A DNA stretch of 64,000 nucleotides from Bacteroidales bacterium (lineage in GTDB: Bacteria > Bacteroidota > Bacteroidia > Bacteroidales > UBA3663): contig JAFWRO010000035.1 of assembly GCA_017519885.1 (NCBI GenBank), positions 31,427 to 95,426 on the forward strand, written 5' to 3'. Position 1 is the stretch's first letter; each line of letters opens with the position of its first letter. The notes under the pieces are model-generated. The model did no database searches, was not told the DNA's origin, and saw only the letters and a program-made list of their open reading frames with translations. The position numbers and the translations under genes were made by a program. Shown in pieces: positions 49,996-59,009 of this stretch.

Positions 49996-51543
49996 ATGAA
50001 AATCTCTACCCCAATATTCCTTGCAGCAGCTTTCTTGGCAAGCGTTTGCCAAATTTCGTTTGCTGAAACCCTCACAGTGACCACCACCGAGGCCGGTACG
50101 CTCGCCAACCTTATCGACGCCACAGCCAAAGCCACGACCACTTCATTGAAGGTCAATGGTCCGCTCAACGGCGCCGACATCCTCTTCCTGCGCCAGATGA
50201 TGACAGCAGGTCTCAAGTCGAACGAGACATACGAAGGAGTCCTCGCCGAACTCGACCTCTCCGACGCCACTATTGTAGCCAGCGATGACCACTACTACGA
50301 AACCAGCAAGGAAGGCTACAATACGACCGACAACGAAGTGGGCGACTACATGTTCAACAAGTGTGTCACCCTCACCAGCATCAAGTTGCCTCGCACAGCC
50401 ACCCGCATCGGACAAAATGCTTTCCTCCGACTCGAAAACCTCACCTCCATCGTGCTGCCTGAGGCACTCGTAACCATCGACAAGAGTGCATTCGCTTACA
50501 GCAATGCATTCACCGAACTGGCCTTCCCTGCCACCCTCGACAGTATCATGACCTACGCCTTCCAAAGTGCCACAGCATTGAAGACAATCAGTTTTGCCGA
50601 AGGTGCCTCCCTGCGATATGTGAGCGAAAGTGCATTCAACTACTGCACCGCGCTCGAAAGCGCCGAACTGCCCGCTACGGTGGAATACATCGGAGCCAGC
50701 GCATTTAGCGGTGATACAACGCTCACCAGTTTCACCTTCCCTGCCTCATTGAAGGAAGTGGGCAACAACGCCTTCCAAGGATGCTCCCATCTCTCACAGG
50801 TTTCTGAGATACCTGCAGGCGTGACCAGCTTCGGCTATGGTGTGTTCCAAAGTGCTCCACTGTCCGAAATCAAGGTGAACTCAGCCAATACCAACTATGT
50901 GGTCGAAAACAACGTGCTCTTCAATGCTGGCAAGACCGCTCTGATATACATGCCAATGAATTGTGGCAAGACCTCATACCACGTGCCTTCCACTGTGACC
51001 GAGATCCTTAATTTCGCTTTCTATAAAGTCTCCACCCTCAAGGAACTCATTCTCAACGACGGCCTTACCACCATCCAAAACACCGCATTCTCGCAGACAG
51101 GACTCGAGACTATTGTCATCCCCAGCAGCGTCACTACCATCAGCTCTTATATGCTCGAAGGTTGCCCGTCGCTCACTGGTGTGACCATCCTTGGCACCAT
51201 CAGCGACGTTCCAGCCAATGCCTTCCGCGAATCGGCCAACATGACAAGCATCGCCTTTGCCCAAGCCACTCCACCCACCTTCGTCCGCAACTCATTCTAT
51301 GGCAATCCCGAGACCATCTACGTCTATGTTCCCGCGGAATCCATCCCAGCCTACGAGACAGCAATGGCCCCGGCCAACCGCTCATCCTACATCTTCTGCG
51401 ACATCAACACTAGCGACATCCAATTGCCAAAAGCAGAAAGCCAAATGCCGAAAGCCGACCTCTACGACCTCCTCGGACGTCCCATCCAAAGCCGCGCCAA
51501 AGGTATCATCATCGATGCTGGTCGTCCCGTAATCAATAAATAA
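49996..51543 (+). CDS. BspA-like leucine-rich-repeat surface protein with T9SS C-terminal sorting domain
   Basis: It has repeated ...I.LP..V..IG..AF..C..L.. units and the tail ADLYDLLGRPIQSRAKGIIIDAGRPVINK. Confidence 0.85.
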   Translation: MKISTPIFLAAAFLASVCQISFAETLTVTTTEAGTLANLIDATAKATTTSLKVNGPLNGADILFLRQMMTAGLKSNETYEGVLAELDLSDATIVASDDHYYETSKEGYNTTDNEVGDYMFNKCVTLTSIKLPRTATRIGQNAFLRLENLTSIVLPEALVTIDKSAFAYSNAFTELAFPATLDSIMTYAFQSATALKTISFAEGASLRYVSESAFNYCTALESAELPATVEYIGASAFSGDTTLTSFTFPASLKEVGNNAFQGCSHLSQVSEIPAGVTSFGYGVFQSAPLSEIKVNSANTNYVVENNVLFNAGKTALIYMPMNCGKTSYHVPSTVTEILNFAFYKVSTLKELILNDGLTTIQNTAFSQTGLETIVIPSSVTTISSYMLEGCPSLTGVTILGTISDVPANAFRESANMTSIAFAQATPPTFVRNSFYGNPETIYVYVPAESIPAYETAMAPANRSSYIFCDINTSDIQLPKAESQMPKADLYDLLGRPIQSRAKGIIIDAGRPVINK

Positions 51544-51587
51544 CAGCAAAAGGCTAATTCCAAGACATAATACGCTACTAATAATAG

Positions 51588-51998
51588 AGCAAGCATTCTG
51601 ACGGCCGACAGGATGCTTGCTTCTATATGATAAGGTACTCTGTCGGCCGTCTGAGTGTTTCCGCAAAAGGAGGAAGCATTTTGTCGGCCGTCAGGATACT
51701 ATTTCCCGCAAGAGAATGTACTCTGTCGGCCGTCAGAGTGTTATTTCCCGTAGGAGCAAGTACTCTGTCGGCCGTCTGAGTGTTATTTCTCGTAGGAGCA
51801 AGTACTCTGTCGGCCGTCACGATGCTATTTCTCGCAGGAACAAGTACTCTGTCGGCCGTCACGATGCTATTTCCCATAGATGCAAGTACTCTGTCGGCCG
51901 TCAGAGTGTTATTTCTCGCAGGAGCAAGTACTCTGTCGGCCGTCAGAGTACTGTCGCAAAAAGAGGAAGCATCCTGTCGGCCGTCAGAATGCTTCCTC
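51588..51998. repeat. Tandem array 3: about 10 units of 41-42 bp, consensus GTACTCTGTCGGCCGTCAGAGTGTTATTTCTCGTAGGAGCAA
   Basis: GGCC starts at 51603, 51645, 51686, 51728, 51770, 51812, 51854, 51896, 51938 and 51979. The first and last units are strong hairpins. It is the same family as array 1. Confidence 0.9.
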
Positions 51999-52020
51999 TA
52001 AAACATAATTAGTTTTTTCG

Positions 52021-55000
52021 CTATTTTGCCATTAAATTGGTAATTTCGAAGCAAGGCTGCTGGCCACGAGCATCCTGTGTTTTCCAGGAAACGTGAATAG
52101 TCTTGGACTCGCCAGGCATCAGGGTGATGTAGTTGTCGCTATAGACGACAGGAAGTATCTGCTCTCCATCGGCACCCTTCAGGTTCAGACGCAAGAAGAC
52201 AGCAGGCGAACGGCCCTTGTTGCGAAGTATGACATCAGCCTGTTGTGTTTCGCCAGTTTGAGTAAGGTTGACACGTTGTTCAACCTCGGGCTGGGGCAAG
52301 GTGGCCAAGGCCTGATAGTTACCCTCTTCGCTGCCCAAGATATAAAGGTTCTCGGAGATTACTTTGCCCTTTTCGACCAGTTCGAGGCGGAGGAAAGAGA
52401 CAGGAGCAAGAGGTTGTGAAGCTTGAGCAATAGGCAAGGTGCTGTCCTCGGTGCTGCTGACACGCACCTTCTGCTGACTGACTTTTCGACCATTGAGGTT
52501 GAAGACGGTGACGATGGCGGTTAATGCTGAATGTGCTCCTGCCGAATGGTTGACAACTTCTATGCTGTCGGTGAGGGCATTGTACTGGATATGCAGAGGT
52601 TCGCATGCCTTCTTGCAACCAAAGTATGCAGCCGTGGGATCGAAGTAATAGTCGTAGGTCTGCCAAACCATCGATGGCCAGCAGGGATGGCTCATCCAAA
52701 GGAGCAAGCCGGCACGGGCACGACTTGTGGACTCAAACATGCCTCGATAACCATTGTAGTTGATGAGTTGTGCCCAACGGGTGAACTCCTCGACATCGCG
52801 AGCCTCGCCGAACCCTTTACCAACAAACTGATTGAAGATGGCAGCACGCTGTGCACCCTGCAAAGTAAAGTCGTGCTGCCCCCACTGGGTATTCTGTGGC
52901 CAAAGGTCAACGGGACTGAACGTGCAACGCATGCTTTCGATATTCATTACGTTGGGCATACCACGTTCGGAATGTATCTTGCCGCTCTGACGAGTGAAAT
53001 AGTCACGCATAGTCAACGTCCAATAAGGGCCTCCTCCACTGACTCCTTCGGCTGAGGAGTGAGAGATATATTCCATGCCTGGAACGAGAGTGTGGACATA
53101 CAGGCGCAGACCGCGGTCGATGGCTTCGGGTGGGAAACCTTCGTTGCGTCCACAATAGAGGCCGATGCTGGCATGACTACGCATGCGGCGCAGGTAGTCG
53201 CGGGCATTGTTGAGGAACATCACATCGTCGTAGGGGTCAGGACCATCAGCTGGGTTTGCAAGCCAGAAGTCCTGCCAGATCATGATACCATGACGATCAC
53301 ACGCCTCGTAGAACGATTCGTCGCCTACTTGTCCCACCCAGTTGCGTATCATCGTAAAATTCATGTCGCGATGATAGCCGACAGCAATGTCATATTCACG
53401 TGAGCGATAAAGCAGGTTGTGTTCGTCAAAGCCCCAATTGCCACCCAACGGGATGAAGCGACGGCCATTGATAAAAATCTGCAAACTGTCACGAAGACCC
53501 GTGTATCGCATTTCGCGCAGACCTGCCTTATAGTTGATAGAAGACGATGCACCAGTCTCAGGAGTAAACGTGAAGCCTGCCTCGTAGAGATAGGGCTCAC
53601 CATAGCCATTAGGCCACCAAAGTTTGAAGTCGTTGCCTGTGAGCTGTGCGAATTGCGAGGGTTTGAAACAGATTTCCTGCTCGGCTTGTGCCGGCAAGGT
53701 AAGGGTCTGCTCGAAGCGCACATCACCAATAAAACCACTCAGCACACCAGTGACGGGACGAGGGTCATTATTTTGGACAAATACCGAAGGAGTAATGCTG
53801 ACAGACGGACCATCGGCCGAAAGTTCGGTTTGAACATAGGGATCACTTACTGATACCATACCCGAGGTTGAGAGATAAACCTCGTTCCAGATGCCAGCCT
53901 CACGGCCACGGACAGTGGTAATCCAGTCCCAGCCGACCGAAGCGTGGAAAGTGGGATTGTCGGCACCGACAATGCCGCCATTGAACTGTGTGGAGTTGGC
54001 ATCCTTCTCCTTGATAGCTGCGAAATGATCATTGCAAATGATTTCGACGGCCAAATGATTGTCTTTTTCGCGAAGCAAACCAGTGACATTGAACCTCCCA
54101 CGCTGGAAAGCGCCCTCAATGCTGCCTAAGCGCTGACCATTGAGGAAGACATTAGCTTTCCAGTTAATGCCATCGAAATTGAGCCACTGTTGGGTCCCCA
54201 GCATCTCCTGAGGCACATCGAATACATCCCTGTACCAGAAGTTGGAGCGGAAGAACGACTCAGAGATCTGATCGACATTGTCCGCATAGTTGGGATCAGG
54301 CACTGCACCTATATTTATATAGGAAGCGAGCACTGTACCCGGCACGGTAGCAGGAATCCAATCCGCACCATCGAACCCAGCCGCAGCAATCGCCTCGCCA
54401 CTTACATTCACCTCCGAGGCTCGCTGCAACGACCAATTGCCACCACTCAGATAATAACGTCCCTCACGCAGTCCGGCCTCTCTATGGGGCATATATTCCT
54501 GAGCGAAATCAGAGAGGACCTCCATCTCCCTTAGTGCATAGTAGCCTGCCTGACCCGCCTTGGTCATCGAGACGCGCACATAACGGGCCTTCAGATTTGG
54601 GTCGTCGATGGAGACAGCTGAACGGCCAGGAGAAGCATTCTCAGGCAAGTCGGCAACTGGTCTCCAAGATATGGCATCGTCGGAGACCTCGATTCTTCCT
54701 TGCCTCGGTGCTTGATACCAATCGAAATTCACTTGACAGATGTGCAAGGATTCGCCCAAATCGGTGTAGAGCCACTGTTCTCCACCCCCTTCGCTGATCC
54801 ACATACTGCTAAAACACGTGGAAGGCAGGACATCGACGGGATATAGGTTGGTGTCGAGGAACTGCACCTCACGGATATCCCAATGAGCAGCGCCTTCCAT
54901 CTCGAGCTGCAAGCGAACGTGCTGCGTTTGAACGGGCACCTGGAGGGAAATCCTTTCGTCGAGAATGCGAGCGGGCAGATAGTTCTGCGCCTCCTGTTTG

Positions 55001-55617
55001 TTGGGGTCGGAATGGAGCTTGTAGTGAAGCAGCGTACCAGGGAAGCCGGTTCCCGTCCTCTCACCTACCGTCTGCCATTGCTCGCCATCATCGGAGGTCT
55101 GTACGCGGAGAGCATAACCACGAGTCGCAACCTTATCGTCATAGGCCACCATACCCTGCAGGCGGACATTGGCCGCCATAACCTGCAAGGCACCACTCCA
55201 ATCGTACTGCAACCATATGGAACTGCCCATTATGACGTTACGTGAGAAGGGACCACCATCGATAGTCCATTCAGCTTCGCGACGCGGCAAGGTGCCTACA
55301 GGGGTAGATACGGTGAGTAATGCCGGTTCTTCATCGCCAATACATCCATCGGTCACCAAATGCGCTGTGTGGTTATAGTCGCGTGTCGATGATGCCCAAG
55401 CCGCACGATGAAGGGCAATATTTCTAAAAATACGAGAATCGGAATAATGTAACCAATTAAGCGAAGGAGCAAAATACTCGTCTTGAGAGCCAGGATATTG
55501 ACCGATTCCCCTTGTTTCGGTTACAGTCTGAGCCAATACCTGAGATACTGTGAGAGATATGACAATACACACCATCGCATGAACGCTATGGCGAAGGTTT
55601 GCTTTGAGGGTTTTCAT
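52021..55617 (-). CDS. Large GH2-family glycosidase (beta-mannosidase / exo-glucosaminidase-like) with N-terminal discoidin-like domains
   Basis: It shows NFTMIRNWVGQ, HGIMIWQDFWLAN and LYCGRNEG, has a signal peptide, and is 1198 aa. Confidence 0.8.
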   Translation of the reverse strand: MKTLKANLRHSVHAMVCIVISLTVSQVLAQTVTETRGIGQYPGSQDEYFAPSLNWLHYSDSRIFRNIALHRAAWASSTRDYNHTAHLVTDGCIGDEEPALLTVSTPVGTLPRREAEWTIDGGPFSRNVIMGSSIWLQYDWSGALQVMAANVRLQGMVAYDDKVATRGYALRVQTSDDGEQWQTVGERTGTGFPGTLLHYKLHSDPNKQEAQNYLPARILDERISLQVPVQTQHVRLQLEMEGAAHWDIREVQFLDTNLYPVDVLPSTCFSSMWISEGGGEQWLYTDLGESLHICQVNFDWYQAPRQGRIEVSDDAISWRPVADLPENASPGRSAVSIDDPNLKARYVRVSMTKAGQAGYYALREMEVLSDFAQEYMPHREAGLREGRYYLSGGNWSLQRASEVNVSGEAIAAAGFDGADWIPATVPGTVLASYINIGAVPDPNYADNVDQISESFFRSNFWYRDVFDVPQEMLGTQQWLNFDGINWKANVFLNGQRLGSIEGAFQRGRFNVTGLLREKDNHLAVEIICNDHFAAIKEKDANSTQFNGGIVGADNPTFHASVGWDWITTVRGREAGIWNEVYLSTSGMVSVSDPYVQTELSADGPSVSITPSVFVQNNDPRPVTGVLSGFIGDVRFEQTLTLPAQAEQEICFKPSQFAQLTGNDFKLWWPNGYGEPYLYEAGFTFTPETGASSSINYKAGLREMRYTGLRDSLQIFINGRRFIPLGGNWGFDEHNLLYRSREYDIAVGYHRDMNFTMIRNWVGQVGDESFYEACDRHGIMIWQDFWLANPADGPDPYDDVMFLNNARDYLRRMRSHASIGLYCGRNEGFPPEAIDRGLRLYVHTLVPGMEYISHSSAEGVSGGGPYWTLTMRDYFTRQSGKIHSERGMPNVMNIESMRCTFSPVDLWPQNTQWGQHDFTLQGAQRAAIFNQFVGKGFGEARDVEEFTRWAQLINYNGYRGMFESTSRARAGLLLWMSHPCWPSMVWQTYDYYFDPTAAYFGCKKACEPLHIQYNALTDSIEVVNHSAGAHSALTAIVTVFNLNGRKVSQQKVRVSSTEDSTLPIAQASQPLAPVSFLRLELVEKGKVISENLYILGSEEGNYQALATLPQPEVEQRVNLTQTGETQQADVILRNKGRSPAVFLRLNLKGADGEQILPVVYSDNYITLMPGESKTIHVSWKTQDARGQQPCFEITNLMAK

Positions 55618-55665
55618 GATTGCTAAAGAGATTAGAAGTAAAGATACATCCGATGACGAGTGTAA

Positions 55666-55851
55666 TCACTGGTATTTCGTGAAATGGTACTTTTCACGCA
55701 GTTCGGCCTTCTCCTCATCGGAGCGCGAGGTGAAATAGGCTTTCCAACCCGGACAGAAGTTGATATGCCAACGCCAGAAGCGGCCAAGCAAAGAATTGGG
55801 TTTTGCGTCGTAGTGGGCGCGGAATTTGCAGTGTTCGCAGTTATGTGCCAT
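55666..55851 (-). CDS. Small Cys/His-containing protein, 61 aa
   Basis: Translation is MAHNCEHCKFRAHYDAKPNSLLGRFWRWHINFCPGWKAYFTSRSDEEKAELREKYHFTKYQ. The longer 181-aa ORF-track version overlaps the PPIase gene and is rejected. Confidence 0.5.
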   Translation of the reverse strand: MAHNCEHCKFRAHYDAKPNSLLGRFWRWHINFCPGWKAYFTSRSDEEKAELREKYHFTKYQ

Positions 55852-55856
55852 AATTT

Positions 55857-55891
55857 TGGGGTTAAGAGGGGTTAAGAAAAGTTCGAAGGGT
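55857..55891. repeat. About 10-bp tandem repeat GGGGTTAAGA / GGGTTCAAAG (same family as 15760-15826)
   Basis: ggggttaaga ggggttaaga aaagttcgaa gggtt.... The stretch ggttaagaggggtt is identical to 15760-15773. Confidence 0.8.
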
Positions 55892-56590
55892 TCAAAGGGT
55901 AACGAAAGCCTTGAGAATACGGATGTCGTCGAGGGGACGATCGTTCTCGTCGGTAGGACTGCACTGAATGGAATCGACCACATCGAGTCCCGAGATGACC
56001 TGACCGAAGATGGTGTAACTGCCGTCGAGATGCGGGGAGCCGGGATGTTCGCGATAGTAGGCACGTGCCACGGAATCCATATGATGACGACCATGGGTCC
56101 ATTCGAACATTGTGGAATCAATCTTATTGAGCAACGAGTCATTGTATGTCTTGCCCCACACGATGTAGAACTGTGCAGCCGAACTGGACTGATCGGGATT
56201 GACATCATCACTCGTTCGGGCAGCTGCTAGCATACCTCGCTTGTGGAAGATGTCGGGATAGCGGAATTCAGCAGGCACCATGGCGACGTCGGACTCGTCG
56301 GCGATGAGTTCATCGGGTGCAGCATGACGGCTAGTGCTGTCGCCCGACTGAATCATAAAGTCGGCAATGACACGATGGAAGAGCAGCGAGTCGTAATAAC
56401 CCGACTGGACATGCTGGAGGAAATTGTCACGATGAAGGGGCGTTTCGTTGAAGAGTTGTACGACGATATCGCCTTTGGTGGTCTGCAAGGTGACTTCGCG
56501 CCGCACATCCTCTGTCTTATTGGTTCCACACGAAATGACAAGTATCGCTAAGACGACTGGAAGAAGCAATCGGAGTCGGGAGTTTTTCAT
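55892..56590 (-). CDS. Cyclophilin-type peptidyl-prolyl cis-trans isomerase (lipoprotein)
   Basis: It shows TTKGDIVVQLFNETPLHRDNFLQHVQSGYYDSLLFHRVIADFMIQSGD. I moved the start to MKNSRL at 56590. Confidence 0.9.
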   Translation of the reverse strand: MKNSRLRLLLPVVLAILVISCGTNKTEDVRREVTLQTTKGDIVVQLFNETPLHRDNFLQHVQSGYYDSLLFHRVIADFMIQSGDSTSRHAAPDELIADESDVAMVPAEFRYPDIFHKRGMLAAARTSDDVNPDQSSSAAQFYIVWGKTYNDSLLNKIDSTMFEWTHGRHHMDSVARAYYREHPGSPHLDGSYTIFGQVISGLDVVDSIQCSPTDENDRPLDDIRILKAFVTL

Positions 56591-56622
56591 TCTTCTATAT
56601 ATTAACATTGAAAAGTTCGCTG

Positions 56623-56630
56623 CAAAGATA
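56623..56630 (-). promoter_or_regulatory. -7 box TATCTTTG (minus strand) for the PPIase gene
   Basis: Plus-strand gctgcaaagatatg lies about 33 nt upstream of the ATG at 56590. Confidence 0.5.
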
Positions 56631-56715
56631 TGTATTATTTTTGAAATAACCTTGCAATATCCATAATTTTCGCATTTTTTTGGGCAATGATAGAACAATA
56701 TATAAAAAAAAATTA

Positions 56716-56723
56716 TATCTTTG
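56716..56723 (+). promoter_or_regulatory. -7 box TATCTTTG for the partner-switching operon
   Basis: ttaTATCTTTGcacccg lies about 41 nt upstream of the ATG at 56764. Confidence 0.5.
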
Positions 56724-56763
56724 CACCCGTAAACGGCATGAAATGGGTACCTCGTAAGATTCC

Positions 56764-58671
56764 ATGGAAATGAAGACCACAAAACTAACAACCAGGCTGA
56801 GCAGTATAGCGGTGCTGATAGTGGCGGCCTTGCTGCTGGAACTGACTACCGCCATGCAATACTTCTCGACACGAACAGGCATCACTCGCCAAATGGTCGA
56901 GATGGCTCATCGCGACCTGAGCGAATCAGATCGCACGGCTGAACTGAAACGCGAGGTGGAGCTCACCGTTGCGCAGATGCTGCCTACCTTGGGGCGACTC
57001 ACTTCACAGCTTGCCTCCGACTCTTTGCACCTCTACATCGACGAGATTCTGGGGCAACAAGATGAGATTGTAGGCTTTGACTTTTGCCTCGTGAAGGGTA
57101 AGAATGGCAAGCCCGACGGCATCTACATCTACAAGGATGACAAGACAGGGGCGCCTACCGAACACCACATTGACTTCGACTTCACGAAACGCTCATGGTA
57201 CCAAGAAGGCATCAAATGTGATGGTTTCTGGAGCGAACCCTATATGAGCAACTATAAGGTGATACTGATGTGCACCTATTCACGGCCTGTGCGCGATGCA
57301 GAGGGACAGATTGTGGCCATACTTGGTGCTGACGTCCCTATGCGTGACGTATCGGCCCTTGCTTCACAACTTTTCGAAGACCAACAACGCTCCCTCTTGC
57401 CCATCGTATTATTGCACGGCCTCGGGCTTCTGCTTCTTGCCTTCATCATCGTTCGCAGTGTCAGAAGCATCAGGCGTCTGCAAGTGGTCGGTGCCGAGAA
57501 GGAACGAATCGCCAACGAACTGTCTATTGCAAGTCGCATCCAACAGGCGATGTTGCCCAAGGCCGCCCCCCTGCCTGAGCATGGTAACGTGGAACTCTCC
57601 GCAGCACTCACCCCGGCGCGCGAAGTTGGCGGCGACTTCTACGACTTTGTCGTGCGAGACGAAAAACTATTCTTCTGCATAGGTGATGTCTCGGGCAAGG
57701 GAGTCCCTGCGGCGCTTGTGATGGCTATGGCGATTTCGGCCTTCCGTATGATGTCGGAACATGAATCGGCTCCAGAGCGCATCATTGCCCAGATAAACAA
57801 CTCGATGGCTCGCGACAACGACTACAACATGTTCATCACCCTCTTCATTGGCGTGCTTGACCTCAAGACAGGGAAGTTACTCTATTCGAATGCCGGACAC
57901 AAGCCTCCGATGATTGACAAACAGCCACTCCCAGTGACACCTAATCTTCCCGTCGGCATACTCCCGGAATTCGACTTCGCCCTGCAAGAGACAACAATAA
58001 AGAAGGGTTCCACCCTCTTCCTCTACACCGACGGACTGACAGAGGCTGAGAACGAAACCCATGAGCAGTTTGGCCTAGAACGGATGCAAGCAATCATCGA
58101 CAGTGCCGTGCAAGAAGAAGTTTCGCCAGAGGTATTCATTGATCGAATGACCGAGGCAGTACACGACTTCGTGGGCGAAACCGAACAAAGCGACGACCTG
58201 ACGATGCTAGCCTTACGCTATCAATCAAAGCAGGACTGCACAGCAGACATCGAACTTCAGCATCACCTCACCCTGCCCTGTGACGTAGCCCAAACGACAC
58301 GCCTGGGAGAATGGATAGAAGGGATTTGCGAGACTGCCAGTCTGAGCGCATCGGCTACTATGCAAATCAATCTCGCCATTGAAGAGGCAGTGGTTAATGT
58401 GATGAAATATGCCTATCCTGACAATTCGAACGGCGAGGTGCAGATTGATGCGTCGATTGACCACGAGTGGTTGAAGTTCATCATTACCGATGCTGGTCGG
58501 CCCTTTGACCCCACAACTTCGGATGACGTAGACACCTCACTTTCGGCTGAAGAACGCAACATCGGCGGACTGGGAATCCACCTTATGCGCAAAATGATGG
58601 ACAGCATCAACTATGAACGTATTGATGGACACAATGTACTTACGATGGGGAAAAAGATTGTAAAAGGATAA
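56764..58671 (+). CDS. Membrane sensor fused to a SpoIIE/PP2C-type phosphatase and an RsbW/SpoIIAB-like GHKL kinase domain
   Basis: Two TM segments flank an extracytoplasmic domain. The PP2C part has GGDFYDF, GDVSGKGVPAALVMA and YTDGLTEA. The GHKL part has NLAIEEAVVNVMKYAY and GGLGIHLMRKMMD. Confidence 0.85.
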   Translation: MEMKTTKLTTRLSSIAVLIVAALLLELTTAMQYFSTRTGITRQMVEMAHRDLSESDRTAELKREVELTVAQMLPTLGRLTSQLASDSLHLYIDEILGQQDEIVGFDFCLVKGKNGKPDGIYIYKDDKTGAPTEHHIDFDFTKRSWYQEGIKCDGFWSEPYMSNYKVILMCTYSRPVRDAEGQIVAILGADVPMRDVSALASQLFEDQQRSLLPIVLLHGLGLLLLAFIIVRSVRSIRRLQVVGAEKERIANELSIASRIQQAMLPKAAPLPEHGNVELSAALTPAREVGGDFYDFVVRDEKLFFCIGDVSGKGVPAALVMAMAISAFRMMSEHESAPERIIAQINNSMARDNDYNMFITLFIGVLDLKTGKLLYSNAGHKPPMIDKQPLPVTPNLPVGILPEFDFALQETTIKKGSTLFLYTDGLTEAENETHEQFGLERMQAIIDSAVQEEVSPEVFIDRMTEAVHDFVGETEQSDDLTMLALRYQSKQDCTADIELQHHLTLPCDVAQTTRLGEWIEGICETASLSASATMQINLAIEEAVVNVMKYAYPDNSNGEVQIDASIDHEWLKFIITDAGRPFDPTTSDDVDTSLSAEERNIGGLGIHLMRKMMDSINYERIDGHNVLTMGKKIVKG

Positions 58672-58697
58672 TTGTTAATTATTAATTGTAATTTTAA
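58670..58697. repeat. 4 x 7-bp tandem repeat AATTGTT family
   Basis: aattgtt aattatt aattgta attttaa. It begins inside the TAA stop of the preceding gene. Confidence 0.75.
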
Positions 58698-58703
58698 AAT
58701 ATT

Positions 58704-59009
58704 ATGATGAAAACCACATTCAAAGAAGAGAAAGAACATCTGGTAATGGCCTTCGATGGCCGACTAGACACCGCCGCCTCATCGCAGACCGAGGAGGATA
58801 TGCGCGTACTTTATGACTGCGAGGGTCGTGACATCATCCTTGACTGCACAAACCTGCAATACATCTCGAGTAGCGGATTGCGCCTCTTCCTGGGCCTGAT
58901 CAAGAAAGCTCGTCCCAAAGGAAGCCACGTCTATCTCACAGGCGTAAGCGATGACCTGCGCCAAGTATTCGACGAAACTGGATTCACCGCCCTTTTTGAA
59001 ATGCTATGA
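58704..59009 (+). CDS. STAS-domain anti-sigma-factor-antagonist-like protein (RsbV/SpoIIAA family)
   Basis: It is 101 aa, and DCTNLQYISSSGLRLFL holds the conserved phosphorylatable Ser context. Confidence 0.85.
   Translation: MMKTTFKEEKEHLVMAFDGRLDTAASSQTEEDMRVLYDCEGRDIILDCTNLQYISSSGLRLFLGLIKKARPKGSHVYLTGVSDDLRQVFDETGFTALFEML

Noticed and set aside
55852-56211. 181-aa version of the small Cys protein ORF (55666-56211) and the 299-aa version of the PPIase ORF (55892-56791).
   Set aside because: The long forms overlap each other or run through the divergent promoter region. The conserved cyclophilin body and its lipoprotein signal start at 56590, and the small protein starts at 55851.
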